Below the pieces are notes generated by a model, which saw nothing but the letters and a program-made list of their open reading frames with translations, was not told the DNA's origin and ran no database searches. DNA of 64,000 nt from Planctomycetota bacterium (GTDB lineage Bacteria > Planctomycetota > B15-G4): NCBI GenBank assembly GCA_029259715.1, contig JAJDEP010000004.1, positions 17,649 to 81,648 of the forward strand. Direction: 5' to 3'. Position 1 is the stretch's first letter. Each line of letters starts with the position of its first letter. Shown in pieces: positions 21,001-32,896 of the stretch. Both the position numbers and the translations under genes were made by a program.

Positions 21001-22362
21001 GGCGTAGACGAGGCCCTCCCGCGCCAGCACCTGTCCGCCGATGTCGAAGCGGTTGGCGAAGGTCGCGGTGTCGTCGTCGCTCTCAACGCCCTGCTGCCAG
21101 CGCAGGTCGCCGGTGGACCGGTCGAGGGCCACGATGCGCCGCCTCGGCAGCGGCCAGTTGATCGGGATGGTGTCGAAGACGCGCAGTTCGTGGGAGGGCT
21201 CGGACACCTGCACCGTGGCCAGCACGGTGTCACCGACGACCGTGGGTGCGGCGTAGATGTAGGGCGAGATGGCGCGCTTGCGCTTGTTGCGCGCGTAGGT
21301 GCCCAGGTCGAAGCGCGGGGGCACGTCGCGGTTGTAGGTCGCGTCCTCCATGGGCCCGGCGTGGTGCCACAGCTCGCGCCCCGAATACAGGTCGAGGGCC
21401 GTCACAGAGAGCCCGTCGGACACGAACACGACCCCGTCCGAGACGGTGGGCACGATGGGCGCCACCGGCGCGTCGAAGGACTCGGGCTCGCGATCGAAGG
21501 TGTTGTAGGGGTGGTCGACGATGTCGGCGTGGCGCGCCATCCAGCGCGAGCCCCGCGTCGGCTGGGCCATCCAGTTGACCAGCCGGGTCATGGTGAGCCG
21601 CTCGGCCCAGTCGGGCACCAGCGAGTCGGGCAGCCGCAGGTCCGGCGGCGAGCGGGCCGACTCGGGCCCGGGCAACGAATCGATCAGCGCGAGCAGGCGC
21701 TCGGCCTGCCCCTGGTCGCGGGTCGAGGCCGCGGCGCGCAGGGCGGCGCGGCGCGCGGCCGCGTGTTCGCCCCGCTCGGCCAGCAGGCGCGCCGCCCGGT
21801 CGCCGGCCACCGCGGCCAGGGGCAGCCCGTCCCAACGACGGCTCAGGTCGAGCAGGCGCTCGGCGTCGCGCCACACCGTGGCGGCCTCGACGTTGCGCAC
21901 CCATTCCTCCGGCACGACCTCCCGCAATGCCGCGTCGCTGAGCGCGCGATCGAGGCGGTAGGCGGCCCACTCCCCGCTGCCCACCCAACGACCGAAGTCG
22001 CCCTCCACCTGCACGACGTGATTCGGGCGCCGCGAGAGGACATCGATGATGGCCTTCCCGGCCCGCGAGAGGTCGCCCTCCTCCACGGCCGTGGCGATGT
22101 CGTCGTAGGCCGTGCGCGCCTCCACCGATGAGGGCACGGAGAAGCCGAACAGGGGCCGGTCGTCGGGATCAAAGCGCCACTGCCCATCGACCATCTGCTC
22201 CCAGCCCGCGAAGCGGTCGATGGGACCCACGGGCCGGGCGTCGCTGACGCCCGCGTCTTGCGCCGCCAGAGCGGGCACCCCCACGGCGGCGACCAAGGCG
22301 AGGCCCAACGTCAGGCGCAGCGCCCGGGGTCCGACGACGGCGAGAGCGCGGGCCGCTGCCAT
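18028..22362 (-). CDS. Very large exported PQQ/BamB-like beta-propeller plus TPR-like helical protein
   Basis: Signal peptide (PALA-AQ); repeated ALDLYSGRELW, ALDRSTGDLRW, AFDLETGVLQW, VDAWTGRVRW blades; helical mid-section; second propeller at the C-terminus. Confidence 0.85.
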   Translation of the reverse strand: MAAARALAVVGPRALRLTLGLALVAAVGVPALAAQDAGVSDARPVGPIDRFAGWEQMVDGQWRFDPDDRPLFGFSVPSSVEARTAYDDIATAVEEGDLSRAGKAIIDVLSRRPNHVVQVEGDFGRWVGSGEWAAYRLDRALSDAALREVVPEEWVRNVEAATVWRDAERLLDLSRRWDGLPLAAVAGDRAARLLAERGEHAAARRAALRAAASTRDQGQAERLLALIDSLPGPESARSPPDLRLPDSLVPDWAERLTMTRLVNWMAQPTRGSRWMARHADIVDHPYNTFDREPESFDAPVAPIVPTVSDGVVFVSDGLSVTALDLYSGRELWHHAGPMEDATYNRDVPPRFDLGTYARNKRKRAISPYIYAAPTVVGDTVLATVQVSEPSHELRVFDTIPINWPLPRRRIVALDRSTGDLRWQQGVESDDDTATFANRFDIGGQVLAREGLVYAVGSVTEGAINAYMAAFDLETGVLQWRTLLCSGQQDLTMFNRPFQEHVVSPPLLVGDDLYACTNLGLVVCVDAWTGRVRWLTGYEPTKRRASRSPHRQNPRAVNWTNHAPVLEGGRLFVTPLDSEVVLVLDPVTGRIQDDSILSWDQRVRGDYRHDLVGVGDGTVVISGPQSLERIDAASLGLVWRNPVAIDRLNRVIGPVTVADTRLLIPLYDELLVLDVADGTELQRLEWRSSLVRRVVAAERVLVMTDNLSVFAALDVQQEMDRATEQGGNGIAARLELAELLLSGGRHDEARRRFQEVLDGGDAVLAERARSGRLEAMRRLAWQRDDVEGWVGLLAIADRADERLSVAAEALPALHGLGAHAQVDEWLARLAAEQPQAVLDLGPVWPDGAAPLRLVASLRRLATDSPTEAVARLQGHILSDPTTLWQGRTLREEASTRLTELIEAHGREVYAAFDDMAAEELARAEDAGALARIEARFPNAEVVAEARRLRLQRWLDDGRARDVLLELAATPGGEQHRELRAAAAASLGDRRFANALVGTTTRDTVPELPRLPRDDAALTVLYVDKRDRVSFPPVRGAVAPDLADKALVAINGRGMLDFIDARAGELVWDRSLPGGITYARPTDVDLMASGDRLLARGGSELVSLDLRKGGEHWNTFLRGVHRDVLHADGLVLALTAYGDQLRLTGYGEMSGTRSLDLEVSGARDGELLWAGGHVVLSVTGEAGTRLMVLDVVAGRFRRVIEFPEGGLRPALKWVDSLPVVVLVGADTEGARLSGWDIERGIQLWEHRSETRYDGRLRVSRPEPGRLLLAEPRLRDDALQLVPIDLASGPEQPLVLGSSLELVASVSTTFEPNMVFTDRDTPGELHVIEPGSNGTPRRLILDPPPSGGGLQVLQARDGFVLVAEALDPRSDVEVWVVRGDNDPQRYSIDVQMLNVNGRSEILLVDGALLVARGGSVAVLSRPVGTGADQEPADAVLPTDPADEDGGR

Positions 22363-22367
22363 GGGGC

Positions 22368-24716
22368 CTACACCAGGTTGTTCCGCTTGCGCAGGATCCA
22401 CTCGCTGGCCAGGAGCAACACGAGCAGGCCCAGCTGCCAGGGTCCCGACCACAACTCTTCGCGCTCGGGCTCGTCGAGCGGGCGCTCGCGCACCGGGTCG
22501 TCGAGGTCGTCGAGCAGATCGCTCACCCCGTCGAGCCGCACGTAGCGACCGCCCGTGCGGGCCGTCACGGTGCGCAACAACGCCTCGTCGAGCACCGGGT
22601 CGTCCTGCTCCGCCGAAGGCACCGTCACGTTGATCACCCGCGGCGACTTGGGCTCGTTGGCGGGGTCGTCCGGGTCCTCGAGCCAGAGGCGATAGGGTCC
22701 GGCCTCGTCGGCCACCAACGATCCCGAGAACACGCCCGGCTCCTCGCCGGGCAGCCGCAACTCGTCACGGCGACCGTCGGGATGCACCACGACGACGGGG
22801 AACTCGTCCGCCGTCAGCGGATCGAGGGTCTTGGGATCGGAGACCCGCGCCGTGACCAGCACACGCTCTCCGATGTCGTACCCGGAGCGATCCGTCGAGA
22901 GGTCGAAGCCGTAGTCGGAGCGGCGCAAGCGATTGAGCGCGAGGAAGCGCACGAGTCCGCGCCAGAAGGGCTCGCGATAGGTCTCGCCGTGGAAGAAGCG
23001 CCAGCGCCACGTCTCGTCGGTGCCGAGGAAGGCCGTGCGCCCCTGCGGGTGGTACATGGTCGCGAGCAGCGGGTGCGGCCCATGGGCGTTGCTGCTGCGC
23101 GGATGGACGAGCAGCACGTCAGCCGTCGTGCGCGCCTTGAAGACCGGGTAGTACCAGGTCAGCGGCGCCAGGCCGCCTTCCTCGCTCCACAGCTCCTCGT
23201 TGCGCTCGGCGTCGTTGTGCAGGCTCACGATCTCGTGCGGATCGCGGGGCCGCGTCAACACCGGCCGGAAGGCGTCACCAGGCAGGACCATGTTCCCCTT
23301 TTCGGTCTCCAGGTCGCCCAGCAGCACCGGCAACAGATCCTCGATGGGCGTACCCACGTATTCCCGCGGGGAATAGAGGTTTCCGGCCTGCATCAGGAAT
23401 CCGCCGCCGGCCTCCACGAAGGCCTTGATGTGCTCGAGGGTGGCCTCGTTGTCGGGCCCGAGCCGTGCATGGTGCGGGTCGACGTCTCCGAAGATCACCA
23501 CGTGGTACTCGAGCAGCGCGTCGAGGGTCGGCGGGAAGCGCGTGAGCGCCGGGACGCCGCTGGTCGACTCCTGGATGAACTCGTCGTCGGCCGACAACAG
23601 CAGGCACTGCACCTCCATGTTGCCGGCGCGAAGCAGCGAGTTCTTCAGGAAGCGGTACTCGTAGCGCGGGTAGCCGTCGACGTAGAGCACCTTGATGCGA
23701 CCGGGCTCGACGCGCAGCAGGCGGCGCTCGGCGTTGTTGGCCGTGTCGCGCTCGCCCGACAGCGGGGTGAGCGTCACGGTCAGGTCGAGGTCGCCCTCCC
23801 TGTCGGGCACGAAGCCCACGCGCACGACCTGCTCGGTGATGCCCTCGTCGTCCGCCAGGGTGAAGGCCTGGCGCGAGAGCTCGCGGCCGCCGTCGGTCTC
23901 GCGCACGACGACGTCGGTGTAGGCGCCGCCGAAGCCCCGCGCGGCGACGGCCACCTCCAACGTGACCGTGTCGCCGGCGAGCGCGACCTCCGGCGCGGTG
24001 ATGGCGCCGATGCGCAGGTCGGCCGGCACGTCGGGATCACCGACCCCCACCGCGTTGACGGGGATGCCCCGGGCGATGAGCGGGCCCAGCGCGGCGGCGA
24101 CGTCCCGACCGGCGTTGGCGCGTCCGTCGCTGACCAGCACCACCTGCGACACGTCCCGGCCGCGGGTCTCGGCGCCGAGAGCGGCCAGGGCATCGCCCAG
24201 ACGGGTCGAGCCGTCCTGGGCCACCAGGTCGGACAGCCCCCCGACCGCGTGGAGCGAGTCACCGAAGGCGAAGGTGAGCACCTCGTACTTCTCGCGCCAC
24301 CTGTCGACGGGAGCGCGCAGCGCGGAGCGCACCACATCGATGCGGGGCGACGACGCCGGCAGCGACAGGTCTTCGGCCAGGTCGCCGATGTCGCGTTCAC
24401 GCATGGAGGCCGAGTCGTCGACGAGCAGCACGCCCACCGGCCGCTCGATGCGCACCCGCTGCTCGAGGCGCACCGGGCGCATGAGCGCCAGCGCGACGAG
24501 CACGAAGACGAGGGCGCGCGCGGCGGCCATGGGCCAGCGACCCCGGCCGTCGATGGGCTCGCGGCGGTAGATCCAGCGCACCGCCAGGAGGATGCTCGGC
24601 GCGAGCACGAGCACCAGCACCCACACCGGCGGCACGGCGAGCCACTCGATGCGGCTGGTGGTGACGACGTCCGCGAGGGCCGCGGGCGGTGTGGGCAGCA
24701 ACGTCGATATGTTCAT
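22368..24716 (-). CDS. Membrane protein with vWA, Ig-like and class I glutamine-amidotransferase-like domains
   Basis: Two N-terminal TMs, LVDDSASM and VSDG MIDAS, KVLYVDGYPRYEYRFL, ETWRWR, C-terminal TM ending EWILRKR. Confidence 0.87.
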   Translation of the reverse strand: MNISTLLPTPPAALADVVTTSRIEWLAVPPVWVLVLVLAPSILLAVRWIYRREPIDGRGRWPMAAARALVFVLVALALMRPVRLEQRVRIERPVGVLLVDDSASMRERDIGDLAEDLSLPASSPRIDVVRSALRAPVDRWREKYEVLTFAFGDSLHAVGGLSDLVAQDGSTRLGDALAALGAETRGRDVSQVVLVSDGRANAGRDVAAALGPLIARGIPVNAVGVGDPDVPADLRIGAITAPEVALAGDTVTLEVAVAARGFGGAYTDVVVRETDGGRELSRQAFTLADDEGITEQVVRVGFVPDREGDLDLTVTLTPLSGERDTANNAERRLLRVEPGRIKVLYVDGYPRYEYRFLKNSLLRAGNMEVQCLLLSADDEFIQESTSGVPALTRFPPTLDALLEYHVVIFGDVDPHHARLGPDNEATLEHIKAFVEAGGGFLMQAGNLYSPREYVGTPIEDLLPVLLGDLETEKGNMVLPGDAFRPVLTRPRDPHEIVSLHNDAERNEELWSEEGGLAPLTWYYPVFKARTTADVLLVHPRSSNAHGPHPLLATMYHPQGRTAFLGTDETWRWRFFHGETYREPFWRGLVRFLALNRLRRSDYGFDLSTDRSGYDIGERVLVTARVSDPKTLDPLTADEFPVVVVHPDGRRDELRLPGEEPGVFSGSLVADEAGPYRLWLEDPDDPANEPKSPRVINVTVPSAEQDDPVLDEALLRTVTARTGGRYVRLDGVSDLLDDLDDPVRERPLDEPEREELWSGPWQLGLLVLLLASEWILRKRNNLV

Positions 24717-26914
24717 CGCCCCTTCCCCATCCAGCGCGCGAGCAACGACTCGGAGACCAGCAACACCAGCAGAGTCCACAGCAAGGCGATCGCCAGGCCG
24801 CCGTCGCCCGCCTCGCGCCCCAGGTCGGCGTCCTCGTCGTCGGCCTCACCGATGACGAAGTCGATGCCGGTCAGCAGCGGGTCGAGGGCGCCGACGTCGA
24901 TGCGATCGAGGTCGCCTTCGCGGGCCTCCGGCAGCGCTGCCAGGGCGAGGGTCTGGCGACCCTGGGCGGTGTCGATGTCGAGGTCGTAGGCGCCCGCTTC
25001 CACCAACGGCGTGGCGTCGAGGGACAGCAGGCTGCGCGAGCCCGCGCGCTCGTATTCCGGCCGCGCGATCTCGTGCATGGCGCCCGACGGCAGGGTCAGC
25101 TGCACCCGCTGCGGCACGCCCTCCACGGTGAGCGAGGGGCTCTGCCCCACCGGCACGTTGGTGGCCGCCGGATCAGGGGCGGTGAGGTCGGAGAGCAGTT
25201 CGTGGATCAGCGGCACCCAGGTCGCCGGGAAGCGCGGCAGCAACGACCACGAGTCGTCGGCGCTGGTGGCCACCAGCACGATGCGGCCGCGCTCGAGCGC
25301 GCCCTCCACGATGGCCGGCGTGGTCTTGCCCAGGGCGCTGGCAAAGGACGCGAGCACCTCGGCGCCCTCGTCGGGAATCAACTCGCGCCACGCGAGCACG
25401 GGGACCTGCAGCAGCACGGCGAGTCGCGGATCCCCGAACAAGGCCAGCGGACGCGGCGCCGGCTCGGACAGCACGAGGGTCACGTAGTCCTCGCCGCCCC
25501 GGCCGCCGGGATCGCCCTGCAGGGCGCCGATGCGCGCCGGAATGAGGCCGCGTGCGTGCAGGCTCTCGTTGTAGAGAGCGGGCTCCACCTCCGAACCGAG
25601 GAACCACAGCAACGGTGTGCCCGAGCGGGCGGCCTCGACGAGCGCGTCGGCGGCGGCCTCGGTCATGCCGCCCACGTTGGTCAGCGCGATGGCGTCGAAG
25701 CCGGCGAGATCGGAGGCGCTCTGCTCGAACACCGACAGCGGGCGCACCTCGGTGCGGAAGCGCACGCCCGCCGTGAGATTCCCGGGATCGAGGGCCAGGG
25801 CCAGGAACCCGCTCCCGCTCTCGAGCGGGTCACCGCCGGCCGGGAGGCCGTCGACGATGAGCACGCTCACGGCGGGACGCACGTCGAGGGCGAGGGAGCG
25901 CTTGTCGTCGAACGGCAGGTCGTCGCCCTCGAGCGCGAACGAGATGTGGTGCGCACCGGGCGAGTCGATGCGCAGGCGCATGGTCACGGGCACCGGCCGG
26001 TCGGGCGGCACCTCGAGGGACACGCGCTGACGCAGCTCACCGTCGAGGTAGAAGCCGCCCTCGACAGCCATGCGCGCCGACGCGCCGTGGTTGCGGATCA
26101 CGGCGGTGAAGCCCAGGGGCTCGCCCGCCAGGGCCAGCGGCTGATCCGCGCTCAACGACTCGACGCCCAGGTTGACGGGCGTGCGCAGGGCCTCGTCGTC
26201 GCCGAAGGGCACGAGGCGCATGCGCCCGTTGCCGCGGTCGAGGATGGTGGCGAGCAGCTCCCCGAACGACGCGCTCAGACTGCCCCAGGTGAGCGTCTGC
26301 ATGTCGGTGAAGACTTCGAGGTCGATGCGTCCGGGGCGCAACGGGCGCACGCGCTCGGCCACGAAGCGCACCGCGGCCACGACGTCGGCCACGCCACCCG
26401 GCGGGGGCAGGTCCTCCTCGAGGGCCTGCAGCGCCACGGAGGGCGGCGAACCGATGGGCGCCGCGAGGGTCGTGGCACTGCCCATGATCACGACGGTCAC
26501 GCCGTCGCCGCGCTCGTCCGAGAGCCGGCGGATGCGCGCGCGCGCCGCGTCGAGCACGCGGTCGTCCAGCGACGCGCCGGGCGTCGTCTGACGGCCCATG
26601 CTCCCCGAGCGGTCGATCAGCAGCACGATGTCCCGGGGCCCCGAGCTCACCAGCGCCAGCGGGTTGTCGGAGGTGACGAAGGGCAGGGCCATGGCGAGTG
26701 CGGCCACCAACACCAGCAGGCACCGCAACAGGAGCAGCAGCAGCGACTCGAGCCGCAGTCGCTTGCGCCGCTCCTCGAAGGCCTGCCGCAGGAAGCGGAT
26801 CGCCGCGAAGTCGCGCACGACGAAGCGCCGCCGGTTGAGGATGTGGATCACGATCGGCACCGCCACCAACAGCGCACCCCACATCATCAACGGTGCGCCG
26901 AAGGCGGGGATCAT
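24713..26914 (-). CDS. BatA-domain/vWA membrane protein
   Basis: PIVIHILNRRR...FAAIRFL...LLLLLRCL (BatA N-terminus), IDRSGSM MIDAS, DDLPFDD, C-terminal TM. Confidence 0.9.
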   Translation of the reverse strand: MIPAFGAPLMMWGALLVAVPIVIHILNRRRFVVRDFAAIRFLRQAFEERRKRLRLESLLLLLLRCLLVLVAALAMALPFVTSDNPLALVSSGPRDIVLLIDRSGSMGRQTTPGASLDDRVLDAARARIRRLSDERGDGVTVVIMGSATTLAAPIGSPPSVALQALEEDLPPPGGVADVVAAVRFVAERVRPLRPGRIDLEVFTDMQTLTWGSLSASFGELLATILDRGNGRMRLVPFGDDEALRTPVNLGVESLSADQPLALAGEPLGFTAVIRNHGASARMAVEGGFYLDGELRQRVSLEVPPDRPVPVTMRLRIDSPGAHHISFALEGDDLPFDDKRSLALDVRPAVSVLIVDGLPAGGDPLESGSGFLALALDPGNLTAGVRFRTEVRPLSVFEQSASDLAGFDAIALTNVGGMTEAAADALVEAARSGTPLLWFLGSEVEPALYNESLHARGLIPARIGALQGDPGGRGGEDYVTLVLSEPAPRPLALFGDPRLAVLLQVPVLAWRELIPDEGAEVLASFASALGKTTPAIVEGALERGRIVLVATSADDSWSLLPRFPATWVPLIHELLSDLTAPDPAATNVPVGQSPSLTVEGVPQRVQLTLPSGAMHEIARPEYERAGSRSLLSLDATPLVEAGAYDLDIDTAQGRQTLALAALPEAREGDLDRIDVGALDPLLTGIDFVIGEADDEDADLGREAGDGGLAIALLWTLLVLLVSESLLARWMGKGR

Positions 26915-27855
26915 CGCCGCTGCCCACGCCGCGCCATGCGACTGCCCAGGAAGGCGGACAGGCTGTACTGCAGCGGTGTGCCGGTGTCGAGCAGGCAGTA
27001 GTCGATGTTGCGGCCGTGGCACAGCCGGCGGATGTCCGCACGCCAGCGCTCGACCACGCCGAGGTAGCTGGTGCGCAGGGCCGCGGCATCCACCAGCAGG
27101 CGCTCCTCGGTCTCCATGCCCTCGAAGCGCGTCAGGCTGTCGAAGGGGAACTCCAGCTCATCGGGATGCATGACGTGCAACACGATGCTGTCGTGCCCGC
27201 GCGTGCACAGCCGGTCGAGTCCGCGGGCCACCGTATCGAGGTCGCCGAACAGGTCCGACACGAGCACGACGATGCCCGGCCGGGCAATGCGGTCGGACAA
27301 GCGGCCCAGCACCGACTCAAAGTCGGTCTCGCCCTCGGGCTCGCGCCCGGCCAGCGAGGTCAGGATGGGCACCATGTGCCCCTGGCTCGTGGAGGCCTGC
27401 AGCACGCGGTCGAGCTTCTCGTCGAACAACGCCATGGCGGCGCCGTCGCGGTCGCGCAAGACCAGATGGGCCAGGCTCGCGGCGATCTGGCAGGCGTAGT
27501 CGTACTTGCTGACCCCGTCGCCCTTGTCCGCGCCGTAACCCATCGAGCCGCTGGCGTCGACGATCATCGTTGCTTCGAGGTTGGTCTCCTCCTCGTAGCG
27601 CTTGATGGCCAGCCGGTCGTTGCGCGCATAGGCGCGCCAGTCGAGGTGGCGCAGGTCGTCACCCTGCACGTAGGGGCGTCGGTCGACGAACTCGACGGAC
27701 ACGCCGTTGTGCGGGCTGCGGTGGCGCCCGGCGAGGAAGCCGTCCACGGTCTTGGCCGCCACCAGCGACAGGTGCTGGACGCGTTCGGCGACCCGTGGGT
27801 CGAGCTCGACCCGCCGCGGCCGCGACGGTGAGCCGGATGAAGACGAGGAGGCCAA
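26911..27855 (-). CDS. DUF58 domain (vWA-like) protein
   Basis: GRHRSPHNGVSVEF, RPYVQGDDLRHLDW, YEEETN, DASGSM. Start uncertain (TTG 27855; the ORF extends to 27900). Confidence 0.92.
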   Translation of the reverse strand: MASSSSSGSPSRPRRVELDPRVAERVQHLSLVAAKTVDGFLAGRHRSPHNGVSVEFVDRRPYVQGDDLRHLDWRAYARNDRLAIKRYEEETNLEATMIVDASGSMGYGADKGDGVSKYDYACQIAASLAHLVLRDRDGAAMALFDEKLDRVLQASTSQGHMVPILTSLAGREPEGETDFESVLGRLSDRIARPGIVVLVSDLFGDLDTVARGLDRLCTRGHDSIVLHVMHPDELEFPFDSLTRFEGMETEERLLVDAAALRTSYLGVVERWRADIRRLCHGRNIDYCLLDTGTPLQYSLSAFLGSRMARRGQRR

Positions 27856-27856
27856 C

Positions 27857-28909
<1,053 letters not shown>

Positions 28910-28979
28910 CGTTGTCCTCTTTCTCTACTGTCTCTGCGGTGAAAGGCGTCTCGGCGAGCGAGCGAGGGCTCGATTCAGC

Positions 28980-31031
28980 CTAGGGGCGCTGCTCCCAACA
29001 CTCCACTTTCATTTGGCGCATGCCGGTCGGGGAGAGCGCGATGAGCCCGCCTCGAACGGCATGGACGGCCACGACGGGCTCGGACGCCGCCGGCCGGCTC
29101 AAGAGCACCGGGTCGGCGGCCAGATCGAGCACACTGTACGCCCGGACGCCCGCCGACGTGGGCACGAACACATGGCCGTCCAGTCCACCTGTGAGCAGGG
29201 GCCGCGTGGGCAACGGCTGGCGCAGGGTCCCGGTCACGTCGACCCGCTCGCCGGGCGGGAGCGCCGGGCTGGCGGCGAGCTGGCGACCGTCGGGTCCGAT
29301 CAGCACCAGGCGGAAGACGCCGTTGCGCAATTCGGTGAGCAGGATCGACGGCGAAGCCCGTTCCCACGGGTCGGGCAGCAGGCCCACGACATGCCTCCGC
29401 CACATGCGCTCGATGGGGTCGTCGAGGATCACGTGGCCGGCCACCCCCAACTCCCGGGAGAGGACATAGAGGTAGCGGGAGTCCGAGGGCGCCACGACGA
29501 TCCGGTCGTCCCAGACCCGCACGGGCTCGTGGTCCCATCCGCCGGTGTCCACGAGGTAGGCGTGGTCGTAGGTGTCGGGATCGAGGGGGAACAGCCGGTC
29601 GTAGAGGAAGGTGAAGCGGGGCCGCCCGGTGAAGGCGTCGACGGCAGCCACCGCGCCGAAGCCCGTGCAGGCGTAGAGGATGCCGTCCTGCTCGGCCACG
29701 GCGGCCTCCCGGGCCCGTTTGTCGAGGTTCCACCAGTCGGAGGTCGCCTGACGGCTGGCGAAGCGCTCCACCGCGGCCCCGCGCACCAGGGGCGTCTCGA
29801 ACAGGCGCTCCCCCGTCTCCAGCGAGGCGCACACCAACGAGACCTCGGTGGTGAGCCCGCTGCGGAACAGCAGGGCGAACACCCGCCCGCCGCGCACCAG
29901 CGGCGGCCCGAAGGCGCTGCTCGAGTTCGTAGCGGACGCCCACGGCTCCTCGTCGCCGCGCAGCACCCAGGCCACCTCCTCGGCGCCCCCTGCGAGATCC
30001 ACCGCGTCGAGGTCGACCGCAGCGAGGTGGGCGTCGCGAGGATGATGGGCCCGCGGCTCGGGCTCGTTGCCGGGGATCACGTTGAGCGGTACGACGAGCC
30101 GGTCGCCACGACGGGCCAGGGCCATACGACGCGGCTGGGGCAGCCCGGCCGCGCGGAGGCCGATGCGCAGCGACGGCAGCGGCCAGGGCCGGTCGGTGAG
30201 CGTGGTCTCGACCCAGCCCATGCGGCCATCGCCGAGGTCCGCCCGTCGCGATCGACCCGTCGGTCCGGTGTCGACGACCGGGTCACCGCGCGAGACACCG
30301 AACAAGCCGATGCCGCGCAGGATCAAGAGCTCGTCGTCGCGCCCCTCGGTGACCAGGGGCCAGCTGTCGGACGACCACGAGTGCCAGCTCTCGAAGGAGA
30401 AGCGCCACTCCAGCCGGCGGGGATCGAGAACGGGGTCCCCGCCTTCACCGGGGCGACGCTCGGCGGCCGCCCGGGCGAGCGCCGCGGCGCCGGTCAGGTC
30501 GCCGGCCCGGCCGGCGAGGGCCTCGGCCGCCCACCACTCGCCCCGCTCGAAATAAAGTCGCGCCGCCGCCAGGGCGCCGACGCGGGTGGCCGTCAGGCTC
30601 AGGGGCCCGGCGGCCGCTTCCAACAAGGCGTCGAGGTCCCGGTCGCGCCGGGCCAGATCCACGCGCTGCCCCGCCTCCGCCTCGATCCGCTGCGCCACCA
30701 CGCCGGTGGGATCCAGGAGAGCCAGGTGCAGGGCCCGATCGAGCACCGGCACATGGGTCCTCGGCCCGAACGGCACGAGATCGGTCGCGGGCGAGGCGCG
30801 CAGGTCGCGCACCACCGTCATCACGGCGTCGGCATCGCCCAGGGCGAGGCCCTCTCGGAGCTGATTCAGCGACCGCCGCGCCTCGGCTCCGCCCTCGAGG
30901 GGCAACGTCGACCCGTTGTGGTAGTCGCTGCCCTCGGGCACGAGGAACTGGGCGGACGACGGGGACGCGCCGAGCGCCGCGAGCAGCAACATCCAACCGG
31001 CGACGACGAGCGCGGACCCGCGTGGCCTCAA
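28980..31031 (-). CDS. Exported beta-propeller (PQQ-like repeat) protein
   Basis: Signal peptide (SSA-Q); ASLETGERLF and AVDAFTGRPRF blades; TTGA overlap with the upstream gene. Alternative ATG at 30992. Confidence 0.75.
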   Translation of the reverse strand: MRPRGSALVVAGWMLLLAALGASPSSAQFLVPEGSDYHNGSTLPLEGGAEARRSLNQLREGLALGDADAVMTVVRDLRASPATDLVPFGPRTHVPVLDRALHLALLDPTGVVAQRIEAEAGQRVDLARRDRDLDALLEAAAGPLSLTATRVGALAAARLYFERGEWWAAEALAGRAGDLTGAAALARAAAERRPGEGGDPVLDPRRLEWRFSFESWHSWSSDSWPLVTEGRDDELLILRGIGLFGVSRGDPVVDTGPTGRSRRADLGDGRMGWVETTLTDRPWPLPSLRIGLRAAGLPQPRRMALARRGDRLVVPLNVIPGNEPEPRAHHPRDAHLAAVDLDAVDLAGGAEEVAWVLRGDEEPWASATNSSSAFGPPLVRGGRVFALLFRSGLTTEVSLVCASLETGERLFETPLVRGAAVERFASRQATSDWWNLDKRAREAAVAEQDGILYACTGFGAVAAVDAFTGRPRFTFLYDRLFPLDPDTYDHAYLVDTGGWDHEPVRVWDDRIVVAPSDSRYLYVLSRELGVAGHVILDDPIERMWRRHVVGLLPDPWERASPSILLTELRNGVFRLVLIGPDGRQLAASPALPPGERVDVTGTLRQPLPTRPLLTGGLDGHVFVPTSAGVRAYSVLDLAADPVLLSRPAASEPVVAVHAVRGGLIALSPTGMRQMKVECWEQRP

Positions 31032-31354
31032 CGGCCGCCCGGCTGGGCCTCCTCGCCGTCGTCCTGATCCGGCGTGATCACGATGGGACCGGGGATCGCC
31101 GGCGAGAGTCGTTCGAGCTCGGCGACGCGCACGCGCAGCAAGGGATCGTGCTGGATCGCCTCGGCGTAGGATTCGAGTCGCGAACTCTCCTGGCGCCGAG
31201 CCTGCACGTGGGCTTCCTTCTCCAGGAGAGCCGATCGGACTCGCTCCTTCTGTTCGATGGCGGGCAGCGTCGAGCGCACGAGAATCCAGGCCATCGCGGC
31301 CGTGAGCAGCAGCGCGAGACCGTAACGACCCAGCATCCCCGACCGTCCCTCCAT
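31028..31354 (-). CDS. FtsB/DivIC-like bitopic coiled-coil protein
   Basis: Short N-terminal tail, one TM, heptad coiled coil ending in a DP motif; sits directly downstream of eno, as in eno-ftsB synteny. Confidence 0.6.
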   Translation of the reverse strand: MEGRSGMLGRYGLALLLTAAMAWILVRSTLPAIEQKERVRSALLEKEAHVQARRQESSRLESYAEAIQHDPLLRVRVAELERLSPAIPGPIVITPDQDDGEEAQPGGR

Positions 31355-31500
31355 GACTCACGGACGTTACGCCAAGGGGAACGTGCCCCCGAAGGAAAAC
31401 CGGAGGCGCGGAGCGAAAACGGCGCCGGGCCTCGGCGTGTTAGGGAGAAGTCAGGTTCCGGTCGCGCGATCCGGGCCCGATCGGGTCGCGCGCCGACGGA

Positions 31501-32805
<1,305 letters not shown>

Positions 32806-32896
32806 TTACGCCGCGCCCCCATCGGGCGGAAGAGCGGCCGACCGGTTCGTCAGGCCCGAGACATCCCCGGACTCCTCACCGGATGTCGCGGAGCAG